A stretch of DNA of 61,888 bases, filler included, from Sluysia triapertura (GCA_046118255.1; 5 parts of 5 records of this genome joined end to end with filler, not necessarily neighbours in it), one strand, 5' to 3'; shown: positions 26,249 through 39,256, counted from the whole stretch's first letter. Notes: generated from the sequence alone by a model not told the origin. Numbers and translations: made by a program.

Positions 26249-27319
26249 GTGACTATTATTGTTTTGGTTATGAATAAGTGTAACGAGATAAAAATGCTTT
26301 GGTCAATTAGAGATCTTAAAAAGCTGATACGTTATTTTGTGTATTTTGACTATTATGACTTGGGTTTTGATTTAATATTAAGTATTCGAAAAGTGGGTAA
26401 AGAATACCCTAAGTATTTTATTGATCAAATAAATTCGAATAGTAATTTATTTGTATATGCTTTAAGTTGTTGTAATTCAAATAATGATTATGATTTTAAA
26501 GTTAAGACCATAGAGTATTTTAGTTTTAAAGTAAAGAATTCAAATAATGATATCGTACAACATACAGTTTACTTAGTTTTAAGCAATGATGAGTCTTATA
26601 GTTTTGATTTTTATAAAGATTTGACCAACTTTGATTTTTGTAACTTTAATTTTGATTTTTGTAATTTTAATTTTGATTTTTGTAATTTTAATTTTGATTT
26701 TTGTAAGTTTAATTTTGAATTTGTAAATGATTTTAATGATAAGAATGTTTTGAAAGTTAAAGTGATTGTAGGTGGAATGAACAATACCTTAAGTGGTTTA
26801 AATAATCTGTGGCATGATATAAATTATTTCTCTGATAAAATTATTTTTCAAGATTCAGTTGGGGATGTCGTTTTTTGTAAGATTGTTTGCCAGTTGGAGT
26901 TTCCTCACGATATCATGATACACAATGTACTACCACACGAAATTTGGATACACATTCAAAATATTCTTCCAGATCATCACTGGAGTTTTGAGGTTATAAC
27001 AGATCTTTTTACAGTGTATCATTTAGCTACTTTCAATTCAAACTATCGACTCCTCAACATTCTTAGTGATTCTAACAGAACCTGTGGACTTTCGAGAACT
27101 AAAATTTTTCATTTTTTTAGACTTTCATATAATTTTACTTTTGATGTCAAATTTTCACATAAATATAACAACATTGATCTTTATTTTTATTTGGTAATTT
27201 TTAATAATCAAGGAATATTGAATTTTAATTACTTTAAAATAATAAACATTTATCATGAGTTTAATTTCAATTTTTATACTAAACCCCGGCCATACTTACA
27301 TGTGCCATTTGATTTTTAG
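26249..27319 (+). CDS. 356-aa intronless orphan ORF with in-frame 21-nt tandem repeat (NFDFCNF)x4 at 26627-26726
   Basis: Long open frame in AT-rich DNA; upstream extension is broken by stops, so it may be a pseudogene; no family recognised. Confidence 0.45.
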   Translation: MTIIVLVMNKCNEIKMLWSIRDLKKLIRYFVYFDYYDLGFDLILSIRKVGKEYPKYFIDQINSNSNLFVYALSCCNSNNDYDFKVKTIEYFSFKVKNSNNDIVQHTVYLVLSNDESYSFDFYKDLTNFDFCNFNFDFCNFNFDFCNFNFDFCKFNFEFVNDFNDKNVLKVKVIVGGMNNTLSGLNNLWHDINYFSDKIIFQDSVGDVVFCKIVCQLEFPHDIMIHNVLPHEIWIHIQNILPDHHWSFEVITDLFTVYHLATFNSNYRLLNILSDSNRTCGLSRTKIFHFFRLSYNFTFDVKFSHKYNNIDLYFYLVIFNNQGILNFNYFKIINIYHEFNFNFYTKPRPYLHVPFDF

Positions 27320-30247
27320 TTTGATTAGTTCATAATGAATTTCTTTTTGACCTTTATAGGATAAAATTCAAGTAATTTTTTGTTAAATTTTCTATAGACA
27401 GAAAATGAACTTCTAAATTATGACACTTATTTACTAATTGATTAATTTTTCCACACATATAATGAATATTCGTAAATAATTTGTATTTTTCATTTTTAAT
27501 TAAAAATATATTTATTTTATTTCGATATTCATTATTTAATTTCAAATATTATTTAAGCTAATTGAAAGTAATGTTGAATTTTGCATAAATGCATTCATTT
27601 TATCTTCATATTTCGATTGTTTTTATGATTTACTTAATCTGTATGACAATTTTAGTCTTGTTTTAGTTCTTAAAATTCTTATTTATTCGAAACATAGTAT
27701 TTTTTCTGCCACTTTCGACCGAATTTGAATTCGACTATTTCGTAATTCTGTCGTAACGAATGTTCGATTTGTAAGGACTTAGAATCATAATCGAATAAGA
27801 TAGAAACATTGGAATCCATTACGTATCAAACGATAATGTTTTGTTAAGTTTTTCATAGCTTTATAAGGTATCATCATTATTATTATTTATAAATGCTTAG
27901 TTCAAGTTTTCTGCACTTTTATTATTCATCTCGAAATATGTTTAGGTTTGCATTAATGTATTTCAATTATAAAAGTAGCTACTTTTCCTGACTGTATAAT
28001 TTCGGCATAATGTGGTAAATCTTTACCATCATTACTTCGATCAATATCATCGTCTTTTTATACGGCCTGGAATTCTTCCTGTTTTTAACATTATTCTTTG
28101 GTTAAATATGAATGGTTGAAGATACTGGACTAAACACAATTTCATTCACTTCAAGAATTCGTTTTCATCGTTTTCATCGTTTTCATATTTTCAACGAGAA
28201 ATATGAATCTGAATAGATAAGAATGTAGACTATTTAAAACACAACATTTACTTCGGATATTGTGCTGATAATTTTGATTGTAAAAGTTTAATTTCTTCAT
28301 TTAACTTTGGTTTTAATGTTTCTAATTCTGGTTTAGTAGATGTATCGTATTTAGCAACAATTGAAGTATTGAAGTAAATACACACATGAACTCATGTGTA
28401 GTGATATAATAATTCGAATATTTCTTTTGCAAATATTTTCATTCGCTTTCTAAACTATGATTTCTACTTCATTCAACGCAAAATGGTTCTAATGAAGGAT
28501 TCAGTATAATAAAAAATTTCAATATGAATTGTAGAACCATGTATCTTTTATGGAAATTTCATTATCATGTTATTTTGTTATTAGGTTATTTTAAATGTTC
28601 AAATGTTTGTGATTAGACTTAACATATAGTTTAGTTTATGTGTGTGGTATTTTGTTGATGTTCTGGTGCGAAAAGTTGAACCACCACATCTAAATTTTGA
28701 TTTATTTCGTGATTGCTACATTTTGATTGAAATCACTAAAAAACTAATTCTTTCGTAACTCTTTTGTTACTTTAAATTTAAATGTAAATTTATTTTGGAT
28801 GCTTCAGTTAGTACACTTCTCTCATGTAAAAGATAGAAGTGCAAAAACCTAAAATTATGATATTCGATCTTATCTTTCACCCCAATGACGAATTCGAACA
28901 CTTAGAAAATATAAAACAAAACAAAATTATAGATGAGAAATAAGAATACACAACTTGTACTACGAGTAAGTAATTTTAAGAAGTGTCCTTTACGTGACGT
29001 AAATTTTAGTAATTTATTTTATTTCAATGTTTGCTTTTTATATCAATTAAACGTTACAAAGAAATATTGCTCACTATGGATATAAATTCTCGAAGTTTAA
29101 AAAATTTCGAAATGTGATTGTTCAATATTTTTTGAAGTATCCATTATTCTCAATTTGTAAAATCACCAGTGTATTTACGGAAATTGTCTAAATTGTCATT
29201 TATACAGATTTTCGAAGTTCAAAAAAATTTCGTAATAATTGTGTGTATTTGCAAATTAAGACATTGTGGATGATGCTTATTTTAATTTTAATAAGCATCG
29301 ATAGGATTATCGAGATTATATTTAATGAAAAATCATGGTGACACTTAGGGCGCTTAAGAAAAAAGATTAACAATAATTTAAGAAATTCGTATTATTAATA
29401 TATAAATTCAAATTGTGATAGCATTTAAAGTGTTTGAATAGAACAATTATGGGCTTTAACCTAATAAAATTTATATTTATGCGACTTAAGGCCGACCGAA
29501 ACTCTATATTTCATAAATTATAGGTGAAATTTTGCGTTACTAAATTTGGCGAGAAAAAACATTTATTGGCCCCTAATTCACATCGAAAAATTATAAAAAA
29601 TGAAATTACCTTCAATTTTGTTGCAGATAAAAGTTAATTCTCAAAATATTCTTATAAACGATTGCCTCAAATTTTTTAATACAAAAAAATAATATAATAA
29701 TATCAATAATAATAATAATAATTATAATAATATCAATATTATAAACTTTAAAAACTTTATCTTAAAGATAAGAAACATTAACAATAAGAATAATCTCTTT
29801 AAAAAGTTCAGTATCTTTAAAACTTTTGTAATCTTAATAATGGGAAAATCAATGAAATTATAATAAGTCGATATTTACAATTAGTTGCTTAACTTTATAA
29901 TTGTCCTTTAATATAGTAAAAGTATCAATAACTTAAAAAACTTTATTTTTATAAAAAAAGAATATACGCTTTAAAAGCTTTAATATCTTTAAAGATTTTG
30001 TAATCTTTATCAATGGAACAATCTCATTCATTACACTCAAAATGAAAATTTTATCTACTAGTTCTTTAAAAAAGTTGTGGTTTAATAATTAAATTATGAT
30101 TTGAATCAATTTGAATCAGTTTAGAATTTCGGTTAAGATTTTTTAAAAATTTTGCTTTAGTTATTAATATGTGCTGCAAGAGCTTATTTGTAATAGTAGT
30201 AATTGTTATAGTTATTGTAATGTAATGTAACTATATATTTGTTTCAG

Positions 30248-30785
30248 GTTCATAATCATGGTGTCATTAACACATCCGCATTATTGCTGTATTCACTAAC
30301 ATCCTGGGTAGCTGGATTTGTTAGTACTCGGTTTTATCAGATGCTAGAAAATACACATCCTGGTGTAAACAGTATGATATCATCCTATAAGTTATTTTAA
30401 ATTTTATTTTGGAACAAGTGTAATATGAAATTCAATCTGGAATTTCATATTATTACTGATTTTATAGCTTTTATAGCTTTTATATTAGAAATATGCATTT
30501 TATTTGCAGATCTCGAAGTTGGGTAAGAGTAGTCAATCTCGTTAGTGCTCTCTTTACACTGCCTTTAGCTCTGGTATGGTTTCTGTGTAACAGTATCTCT
30601 ATCATGTATGGGACAACACATTCAATGCCAATATCAACCATTCTTCTACTGGTGTTTATTTGGTTGTTAGTAGGATATCCACTAACTATCGCTGGTGGTA
30701 TACTGGGTCGTAGAACTCAAGTTCGGTTAGATACATCTGGTTGTAGAACTCGAAATATTCCTAGAGAAATACCGACATTACCATG
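30248..30785 (+). CDS. TM9SF1: TM9SF1-like nonaspanin, two internal exons (30248-30390, 30510-30785)
   Basis: VHNHGVINTSALLLYSLTSWVAGFVS.RFY and WVRVVNL...MPISTILLLVFIWLLVGYPLTIAGGILG...CRTRNIPREIPTLPW; tttcag/tttgcag acceptors, GT donors, phases agree. Confidence 0.92.
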
Positions 30786-32539
30786 GTTAGTTTCTTTTAG
30801 AGGTTTTTATAATTTAACTCAATTTTCTAATGAGTTGAGGAATGGAGAATAGGAAAGTACATCATGTGTAATACGTATCCACTTAAGAATTTATATACAA
30901 AATTATATTGATGCGTATATTGATGCACCATATTTATATGTGAAAATCAAGTAAATAGTTCATATGCATAAAAAAATTTTGCACTTAGTTACTAACAAAA
31001 CTAAATTGTGAAGGCTTGAGAAAATACAAGATACTTATGTTGGGTAGAGTGTGATTAAAATTTAATTCTCATAAATTTATAAATTGTTAGAATTTAATTT
31101 TACATTTATGTCTTGATTTTATGTGATTTGAGATGATATAATATGATGTTGTAATTATGTTGAAATATTGTCAGTGACTCGAATTTGTATAAGTTTGTTA
31201 AGGATTGGTCGAATGACTTTGGTGTTCTCTTAATAATTATTAATCTAGTGTAATTGTATGTATTGTAACGAAGAGAAGAATTAAGCTTAATCGAGTTTGT
31301 TGATTTAAGTTTATTCACAATTATTATTAGATATATTAATTTCAAGATGTCATTTAATTCTTCAAAAAATTCTATGTTATGCACGAATAGCTCAAATATC
31401 TTAAGATTGCTGTGACAATTTACATTATTTCCTACTGAATTCATTCAAACGGGCTTAGTTTACTCACTAAGGTAAAAACAACAATAAAATAGTTTATCTT
31501 CCATCTTCTAAGGTAATATGTTGATCATTGGATGCATATAAAATAGAATTTGACTTGGATACCAAATGGAAAAACAACATTAGATTTAGCTGTTGTGTCT
31601 GGTAATCGCAAATCTGAATGCTTTTTATTGTTAGCTCGTAATAATCTAAGTGATGCAGAAATAGGGTTAATAAATGTAATTATTAGCAATATCTAATATT
31701 ATATAATGTATCGAATTTCATACAAATGATTACGCAACAACATTAACACAAATATTTTGATATTGTCAAAAAAATTTAAATAATTTGTTCAATAATAATT
31801 AAGCTTTGTCTGATTTGGTATTAAACACCATCAGATTCCAATAAACTATCTTCTAATTTTTGTTAAATAATCTTTCACAGATTTATATTCAATTGTGTTA
31901 TTCGTGCGCTAAGTTGAACGTTTTCGAATGTGACTTTTTCTACATTTTCAAGTAACTCAATCACTTCTTTGTCCTAATAAGGTTTAGAATTTAATTATAT
32001 CGTGACTTGAATTGTTTTATTGCTAATGTAAATGGTTAAGTGATTGAATTTGTTTGTTAAGTAGCAGATGGTTCTTGAATGTTTAAAATTTTGAACATTC
32101 TTACTAAAATGTTTAGAATCAGGTAATGTGAGTGAGTTTTGAAGTGTTCAGATTTTATTAAAACTTTAACTGAACAATTATGAATATCTTACTGGGTTCG
32201 CATATAATCTAAGATTTATACCTCACGGAAGACTTAGTTATAAGATTTAATGAGTCAATACTTCGAAAGATTCCTTAATCTTAATACAATAGTCCTTGTA
32301 TTATAATGGAGGGTCTGTAACTTATTCTAAAGAATTTATATTTTCCTTATAAACACATCAATTACTTTACAATGTGACTTTTAACGACAAAACTCAAGTC
32401 TCTAAGAAATATATTTTAAAATAGGTTTATATAACAAAAATAGATGCAAATAATATACAATGATATCCCATTATATAATAATATATTCAATAGGATTTCT
32501 CCTAAGTTTAATACAATGAAAATTTAAATGTGATTTTAA

Positions 32540-33564
32540 CCCAGGTGGATACTTGGGCCTTGAAAATTAAAAGTATTTTACGTAGATTTTAACACAGTCA
32601 ATCGCAGTGAACTACTTAATATAAATAGCTTACGTAATCACAAAGAAAATTGATCCAAATAAGGATTCCAAATATAAACTTCAGATGCAATTCCGAATAC
32701 TCCTTGTGCGGATAATAGCCAATTGTGTCACCGACCGAGTAATAGTCCAAAGGATTTTGATAATACCAATCACGATTTATAAAATAAAATTATCCTTGTA
32801 ATTGCGCGGTAATAACGTCTTGTATACTTTACGTGCAAGTGTCTCAATATCATCAATATCCTTAGCGTCTGCGATGTCCGAATCTTTAATGTCTTGAATG
32901 TCTCTGAGGAAATTCTTTATGCGCAGTCTAGGTTTAATATTGATATTTGTGTGATGTTTAGAATATGGCGTACAAGAAAGTTGTGTTATGCGAGGACGAT
33001 TCAGAAAATCAAAAGCGTGCGAATACGCGACAAAAACCAACCAATCCTCATCATAGCCAGACATGGGAGGGACGTGTGTAAAGGACATCCCATTTTGCCA
33101 ACGCGCCAGATTGATAGTGTTGTCTTCATACAAATTTGGCAGAAACGATTGAAAGTCAGACAGTTGTAAATGAAAAAGTAAGGCTACAAAAGTAGGGTAT
33201 TTGGTTGCTTCTATGATTATATTACATTATATTATGTAAATTCGTAACATGCATGGAAGAAAAACTATGTACTCGGGTAAAGAATGGTGCTCCGGTATCT
33301 ATTAAAGTTACTTTAACCACTCTTCTAGCGATGACTAAATAAAGGGAATTAATAGAATCAGGAACTTGACTAAGGCCGTCCAAGGTAATAAAAGGAGAGT
33401 CAGGTTTCAATGAGAATATGTGAGTAGCCAGATTTACATTTAGTTAAGACTTCAAGCTATTAGGAGTAGAGACAGTCACTAAAAAACGCTGGTGTGATGT
33501 TTTCATGGCAGTACTTAATGTAGACATAAAAGTTCTTCTGCTGATTCAGTAGTTTGGCTTGCAT
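32540..33564 (-). pseudogene. Paralogue B of the DEDDh-fold pseudo-exonuclease gene, frameshifted
   Basis: MQAKLLNQQKNFY...ATHIFSL...SFLPNLYEDN...WLVFVAYSHAFDFLNRPRITQLSCTPYS aligns along its length with 35942-37179. Confidence 0.8.
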
Positions 33565-33816
33565 TTGACTGGATAATAAAGAAAAAAAATAAAATAATAA
33601 AATAAAACAGTATATAAAAATAAAATAAGTAAGTAATTTAGTAGTGATTGTAGATTGACTTAGTAAAAATAAATAATTTTGAAGACCTAATATTTTTTCT
33701 TTAGAAAGGGATTTATAGGTTTGATGGTTTTTGGCAAGTTCTCTTCCTTTTTCTTATAAAAATGCTTTAGCTGACGCCTTCTTCTATTGGGGGAGGTCTA
33801 ACCCACCCATTTCTAC

Positions 33817-34074
33817 TTAGATTCCTTTTCTTAACAGTCGTTTCCGGTTGATAAACATCAATACCGGGTTCCTCTGAATCATCTGTGATATACCTGAAAA
33901 AGTATAAGACCTGCGAAACTTTTTCTTATAATAGATGCTACACTCAACGATAGTAGCTCTACACAGTGGACAGCTAGGTAGTGGAAGTGAAACTGGTGGA
34001 AACAAGAAGTACGGGCAAAGTATTTTCTGATGGATTTTAAGAAAATGGCACTTGTTGAATAGGACATTTTCTAA
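33817..34074 (-). CDS. Small basic ORF/exon with CPLCRATI motif (RING C-terminus-like)
   Basis: Open frame follows a tttcag acceptor; only part of a RING Cys/His set is present. Confidence 0.3.
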   Translation of the reverse strand, partial: LENVLFNKCHFLKIHQKILCPYFLFPPVSLPLPSCPLCRATIVECSIYYKKKFRRSYTFSGISQMIQRNPVLMFINRKRLLRKGI

Positions 34075-34566
34075 CTGAAAACAAAAATATATAATTAGAT
34101 AATAATTAGATAGTACAATAATTTAAAAATTAGAAAACCTAAACCTATACAATTAAGTACTGATTTTTGTTTGTGTATGACTCGAAGTGGATGGTGACCA
34201 TCACACACAGTCATTTACACGATCCTAAACTTAGCTATTTAATATTAAGTCTAACTTATTGCTTAAATTATTTTACAAAATTGAAATTAATTAACATATA
34301 AATACTACATATGACCCAACATGAATGGCAGAACAATTACATATGGTCAATTTTGCAATACTCATAATACTTAAAATACTTAAATTCTATATGAAAAAAT
34401 GAGCTCTGTGCCTAATGAACAAGTAAAATTTAGGTATTATAAAATTTATCATTAGTATTATGAGTTGAGTTGTTATTAAAATATAATTTATAATTATGAT
34501 GATGTTATTAGATTTTACTATTGCTGGATGTTCTGTATTTACCTTATTTACATTTGTAAACGTAGT

Positions 34567-35327
34567 TCAAGATGAATTTGTAACATTATTATTATAAGAC
34601 TCAAGCTTATCTATTGCTTTTGGATCTGAGTTCTTTTCATGTTTATCAATAACTGGTACTTGTACGTCAAATTTCCTAATGAATGGCCAAAATTCTGTTG
34701 TATTACTTGTTTCTTCATTACGTATAATCCAAATGCTGAAGAACATAATTTTAGTGTATGGATAACCATATATTCGAATAGTGTCTTTAGGAAAAACTAA
34801 TCCATAATTCATAACACCGTGTAAGGTATATTCTAATATTAGCGCATTATTCTCTAGTGGATTGTCTACTCGTATAATATTGCCAATATATCGATAAATT
34901 ATCATGGGAAATTCGATAATTTTCTGTGATTGACTGATAATGAATGGCTGAGTTCTAATTCTATAATGCCTTATTAAAACCATTTTTGAATTATGTTCGG
35001 GATCATGTTCGAGTTCTATTGTTAGTGTGACGTTGAACAATTGACATTCAATAAGATTATTACAAGAAATTATCCAATAAAAATATTTTTGTTTAATATC
35101 GATTCGCTTTGACACCAACCCATTAAACAACATTTTATGTAAAGATTGACCAATTTAAATTTATCTGTTTGTACTGCGACAATAATGTCCTTTTGAGTTG
35201 AAGTAACAGATATTCGAGGTGTTAAATCTCGCGGTATATGATTTTCTGAATTTAAATCTATCATACATGCGTTTGAAACATATGATAGACAAATACAAGC
35301 TAGTAATGTTGATCTGAGTTGTGTCAT
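34567..35327 (-). CDS. Secreted protein with two FN3-like domains; one frameshift near 35075-35090
   Basis: Signal-like MTQLRSTLLACICLSYVSNA; NNLIECQLFNVTLTI...IRTQP resembles the FN3 LxPCTxYNVxV...RTxP pattern; N-glycosylation sequons (NVT, NTT). Confidence 0.5.
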
Positions 35328-35693
35328 GTGCCAATTCCCATAAATGAATGGCGACTGATTATTCGAAGCATATTCGTAGATTGGAGGTGAGAATATTGGC
35401 ATACCTGGAGGAGGAGCGTAATTGTTTCGATGTGGAACTGTGTATGCATCGTCGTCGTCATTATTATTGTGTGGTAAACATGGGTATCGACATTTGTTTG
35501 AAACAAACATAATGATTGTTAGTACCACTATAGCTAAAGCGATTATGAATAGTATTGCTGCCACTATTAATATTATTAAAGCAGGATCATTCCGTAATGT
35601 TTCTAACATTGTTAAGTGTTTTCTAGTACCTTTTAGGTCAAAGTGTAAGTATTTCGATGATTGACAAATTTTTGTAATAATGTCTATCTTCAT
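35328..35693 (-). CDS. Single-pass membrane segment with acidic run and PPxY motif, in frame with the FN3-like protein
   Basis: ALIILIVAAILFIIALAIVVLTIIMFV TM helix; DDDDAY; YAPPPG and PPIY. Confidence 0.55.
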
Positions 35694-35941
35694 TAGGTAA
35701 CATATCTGAACATATTGTAATAGGATCCTTTAAGTCGTTATTTATGTAATTTTCATAGATAATCCACGAGCTGAAATTAAGTCTGGCTGGTTTCAGACAA
35801 GCAAACTTGGCATAAATATTTTGGTTTACTATTTTAACTTTTACTTCATTATCGTTATTATAAAATTCAAAGTGTTCTAATTACTAATTAATTATTTGTA
35901 AAACTGTTTTATTGTTTTATCCTTTTTTTTAGTCTATAACA

Positions 35942-37179
35942 ATGTACCCATCAGATACAAAAAGGCTGAGTCAGGTGAAACCCTTTTATACTTCCTTGAA
36001 CTCTTATTGTGACGAAACGGATCTTTCCATCTATTTCCCTAACTGCCACGTTACTCCAAATAAATTCCGAAGTGAGTTCGACTTTGATGTAGCGACTCAC
36101 ATTATTCCCCTTACAACTGAAACGCCTCATATTACTGTCAACGATTTAACGAATAGGCCACCTTATTTTCGTACTTTGCATATTGCCGTTGGCCGCGGAG
36201 CAGTAAAAGTCGTCGCCACCTTGAACATTCCTTTGACTTTTCGAGTGGACGCCATGTCAACAACTTGTCTCTCCGATATTAATATGCGCTGTGTAATATA
36301 TATCGAAGCATTAGAACTACCGTCTTCACTCGCACTTCTATTCTTACTGCCACACCGAGAATTGTATTCTTTCCTACCATGTTTATACGAAAAAGATCTT
36401 GATAATGTTGCTAAATGGGCAGAGGGTTCCTCTTTTACGCACAGACCTCTGTCTATGACGAGGAACGTCTCTTATTTGTCGCATGTCATCACGCTGTTGA
36501 TCTATCAGATAAACCTAGAATTATCCAATTGGCGTGTACGGCGTATAGTAATCAATATCATATGGAGGCCAAGATCCGCCCTTATTGTAGACTATCTAAC
36601 TTTCGTACCGACGTACACGGTCTCAAAGAAGATGACTTGAAAACCGCAAGTGATCTCTATGAAACACAACGGTATTTTTTGGCCAAGTTTCACGATAAGA
36701 TCTTGGTTACTTTTAATCCCAGCTTGGTTCTAAAAACGCTACATATTCCTTTTGGATGGGTCCGAGGAATCATCAATTTAAATAATCATAACCTTATTTC
36801 TATGCTTGCCCCAAGTATAATGGCTCGATCTCGGCAGACTTTTAAACCCTTATATCCTATCTTGCCGAGATTTGACTTTGTTAAAATGGCTACTGAATTG
36901 GTCCATCTTTTCAACTATATTAGGGAACATGATCTATCTTTTATTCCTAATTGTAACTTACCTCCTCTTTCTCTTTTTCAACCTGGCCCAGCCGATATAA
37001 TTGGGGACAATATGATAACGTGCCCATCACCACCGACGTCACCTTGTATCGACAATTCTCGACGGATAACCGGCACAACATCGCCTGTTTGCACGTTTCC
37101 TGGGACGAATTTCGTAGAAGATTGGGAATCGACCGACTCCGACAACGACGACGACAATACAGTGGACCTTGACAATTAA
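35942..37179 (+). CDS. Paralogue A: N-terminal unknown domain + DEDDh exonuclease-like domain without catalytic residues + Pro/acidic tail; one frameshift at ~36445-36450
   Basis: PRIIQLAC...IRPYCRLSNFRTDVHGLKEDDLKTASDLYETQ...KILVTFNPSLVLKTL follows the REXO4/ISG20/DnaQ pattern (VKP...TDYRT.VSGI...L....EVVQ...RILVGH...DLKVL). Confidence 0.7.
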
Positions 37180-39256
37180 CCACATAACTCACTTTTTATA
37201 ACACTAAATGATTAACATTTTTATGAAAGACTATCCTATTCTTATCTTCTAATTCATTCTTTTTATGATTTGATGACAAATCTTCCTATAATGGGATGTA
37301 TTTGTAAGAATGTACATAATTTTATTTGTATTTTTTAAAAAATTTGTAGTTTTTAAATTTATAAAAATATTATAAAATTTATTTAAAATTGTATATTATA
37401 AAAAATTACCAATTTAATTATATTAAAATAAAAATTATTATTATTATAAATTGAAAAACGACATAAAAGAAACTTCTAGAAAGAAGTTTATTTGAATAAA
37501 TCAANNNNNNNNNNNNNNNNNNNNNNNNNNNNNNNNNNNNNNNNNNNNTTAATTAATTAANNNNNNNNNNNNNNNNNNNNNNNNNNNNNNNNNNNNNNNN
37601 NNNNATTTTCATTTTTGTGTAGCATCCTGGCACTTTTAGATAATTCTCTAAAAATCATGTTGGCACTCAAAGGGTTAATTAACATTGGTAATAAGATAAA
37701 AATAATGTACATAATCAGTTTTATGTTTAGTGATACATAAATATACTATTATTTCGTGTTCGATCATCGGAGTTATGATGCAAAACTATTCTGGTAACTT
37801 TACTAATAATGGTTTTGGCTTTATTCGAAGAACTTATATAACTAACATTAACATATGAACCAGGTTTATCCGAATCCCTCGTTAGAAAAATAACAATTTC
37901 ATTAGGAGAGAATCTTTTATTAAATGTTCGTCTTACCCGTTTAATTTCTATACTTTATATGCATTATAAATAGGCCAATTTAAAAAGGAAACATAGATTA
38001 AAATACTCAGTACAATCTTGACATTTATTAATTTTATTGTATTAAAACCTCTGAAACAATCATGATTTAAAATGTTGTTAGAACATATAGCTTCTAAACA
38101 TTTATCGTTTCCTTTTGTAATAGATCCGTAATATGTTTTTTCAGTAAATATTACGCATATGAAATACAGTTACTGTAATAGCCAACATTGATCTTTTAAT
38201 CGTTAATTTTGCAAGTAGCAATTCTTAGGCAATATTTAATAATAAGTTTAGCAGTATCAAATTTTTATATCGACAATTTAAGCATAAAATTATTACTTTA
38301 TTATCATTAATAATACTTATATTAATAGTAATAAAATAATAATAAAAATAACCTTAGCCTTGAAAATTCAATTTTAATCCAAGTTTAGAAAGCAGTATAT
38401 AAACTTGATAATTTATAAATATGATACACACAAACAGTACTGAATCAAAAAATGCACACAATTATCTCAATTTTAAATCAAATCAAAATCATACAATATT
38501 ATCATCTGTACAACACCAAACAAGAAAATCTATAATTAATAAAAACCTTGAATTTGTTTTTATTAATAGGAATAACAATCCATTTATGATTTTTTAAACA
38601 AGAATTGCTCCAATAAATGCAATATCATAAAAGCCTTAATGTTGAATTTTTCTCTATAATATAAAAAGGTATTAGCTTATCGAATGCATTTTTGATATGA
38701 GTTTTAAAATTAGTACCTTCAGCTTTGATACGGTAAACTTAATTTTATTTATTAATTGCAATTCTAAACATTTAAATATGTTCTCATTAGGAGATACAAA
38801 TAACATTTAATTTTATTTGTGCAGTTTAATTTTAGAAAAAAATTTGTTTATTAGATTTATAAAACTATAAATGCACATTTTGTTTTATCTTTTGCTTTAA
38901 AATAACGTTACATTATTTTTGGGAATTCAAATAAAAGCATTTTAAAAATTAATCTAGCATCAAATTTATTTTTGGGCATCTATCTGACTCAGGATTACAT
39001 GAGATGGATTCGAAATTATTCTCGATTATTCTAGAAGGAATTATTCGTTAACACAAAGTATTATCAATAGCTTAATACAATTATCACCAAATTTATTTGC
39101 ACCATTGTAATAAAGACATCATAGTTATGATAAAATAAGTCATTAACTGATTTTTGAATGTTTGGAATAATTTTAATCGAATAAAATCGTACTTTATGTA
39201 TTAATAAGTGCGGTAATGATTTATTTTCTGAAACAAAATTACAATTTTTTATTTAA

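Noticed and set aside
29743-30023. Two diverged direct repeats with ~185-bp period
   Set aside because: Ordinary intronic tandem duplication with no termini or coding signal.
33285-33305. LIDTGA in paralogue B, resembling a retroviral aspartic protease motif
   Set aside because: Not conserved in paralogue A (VATLNIP) and no downstream ILG motif.
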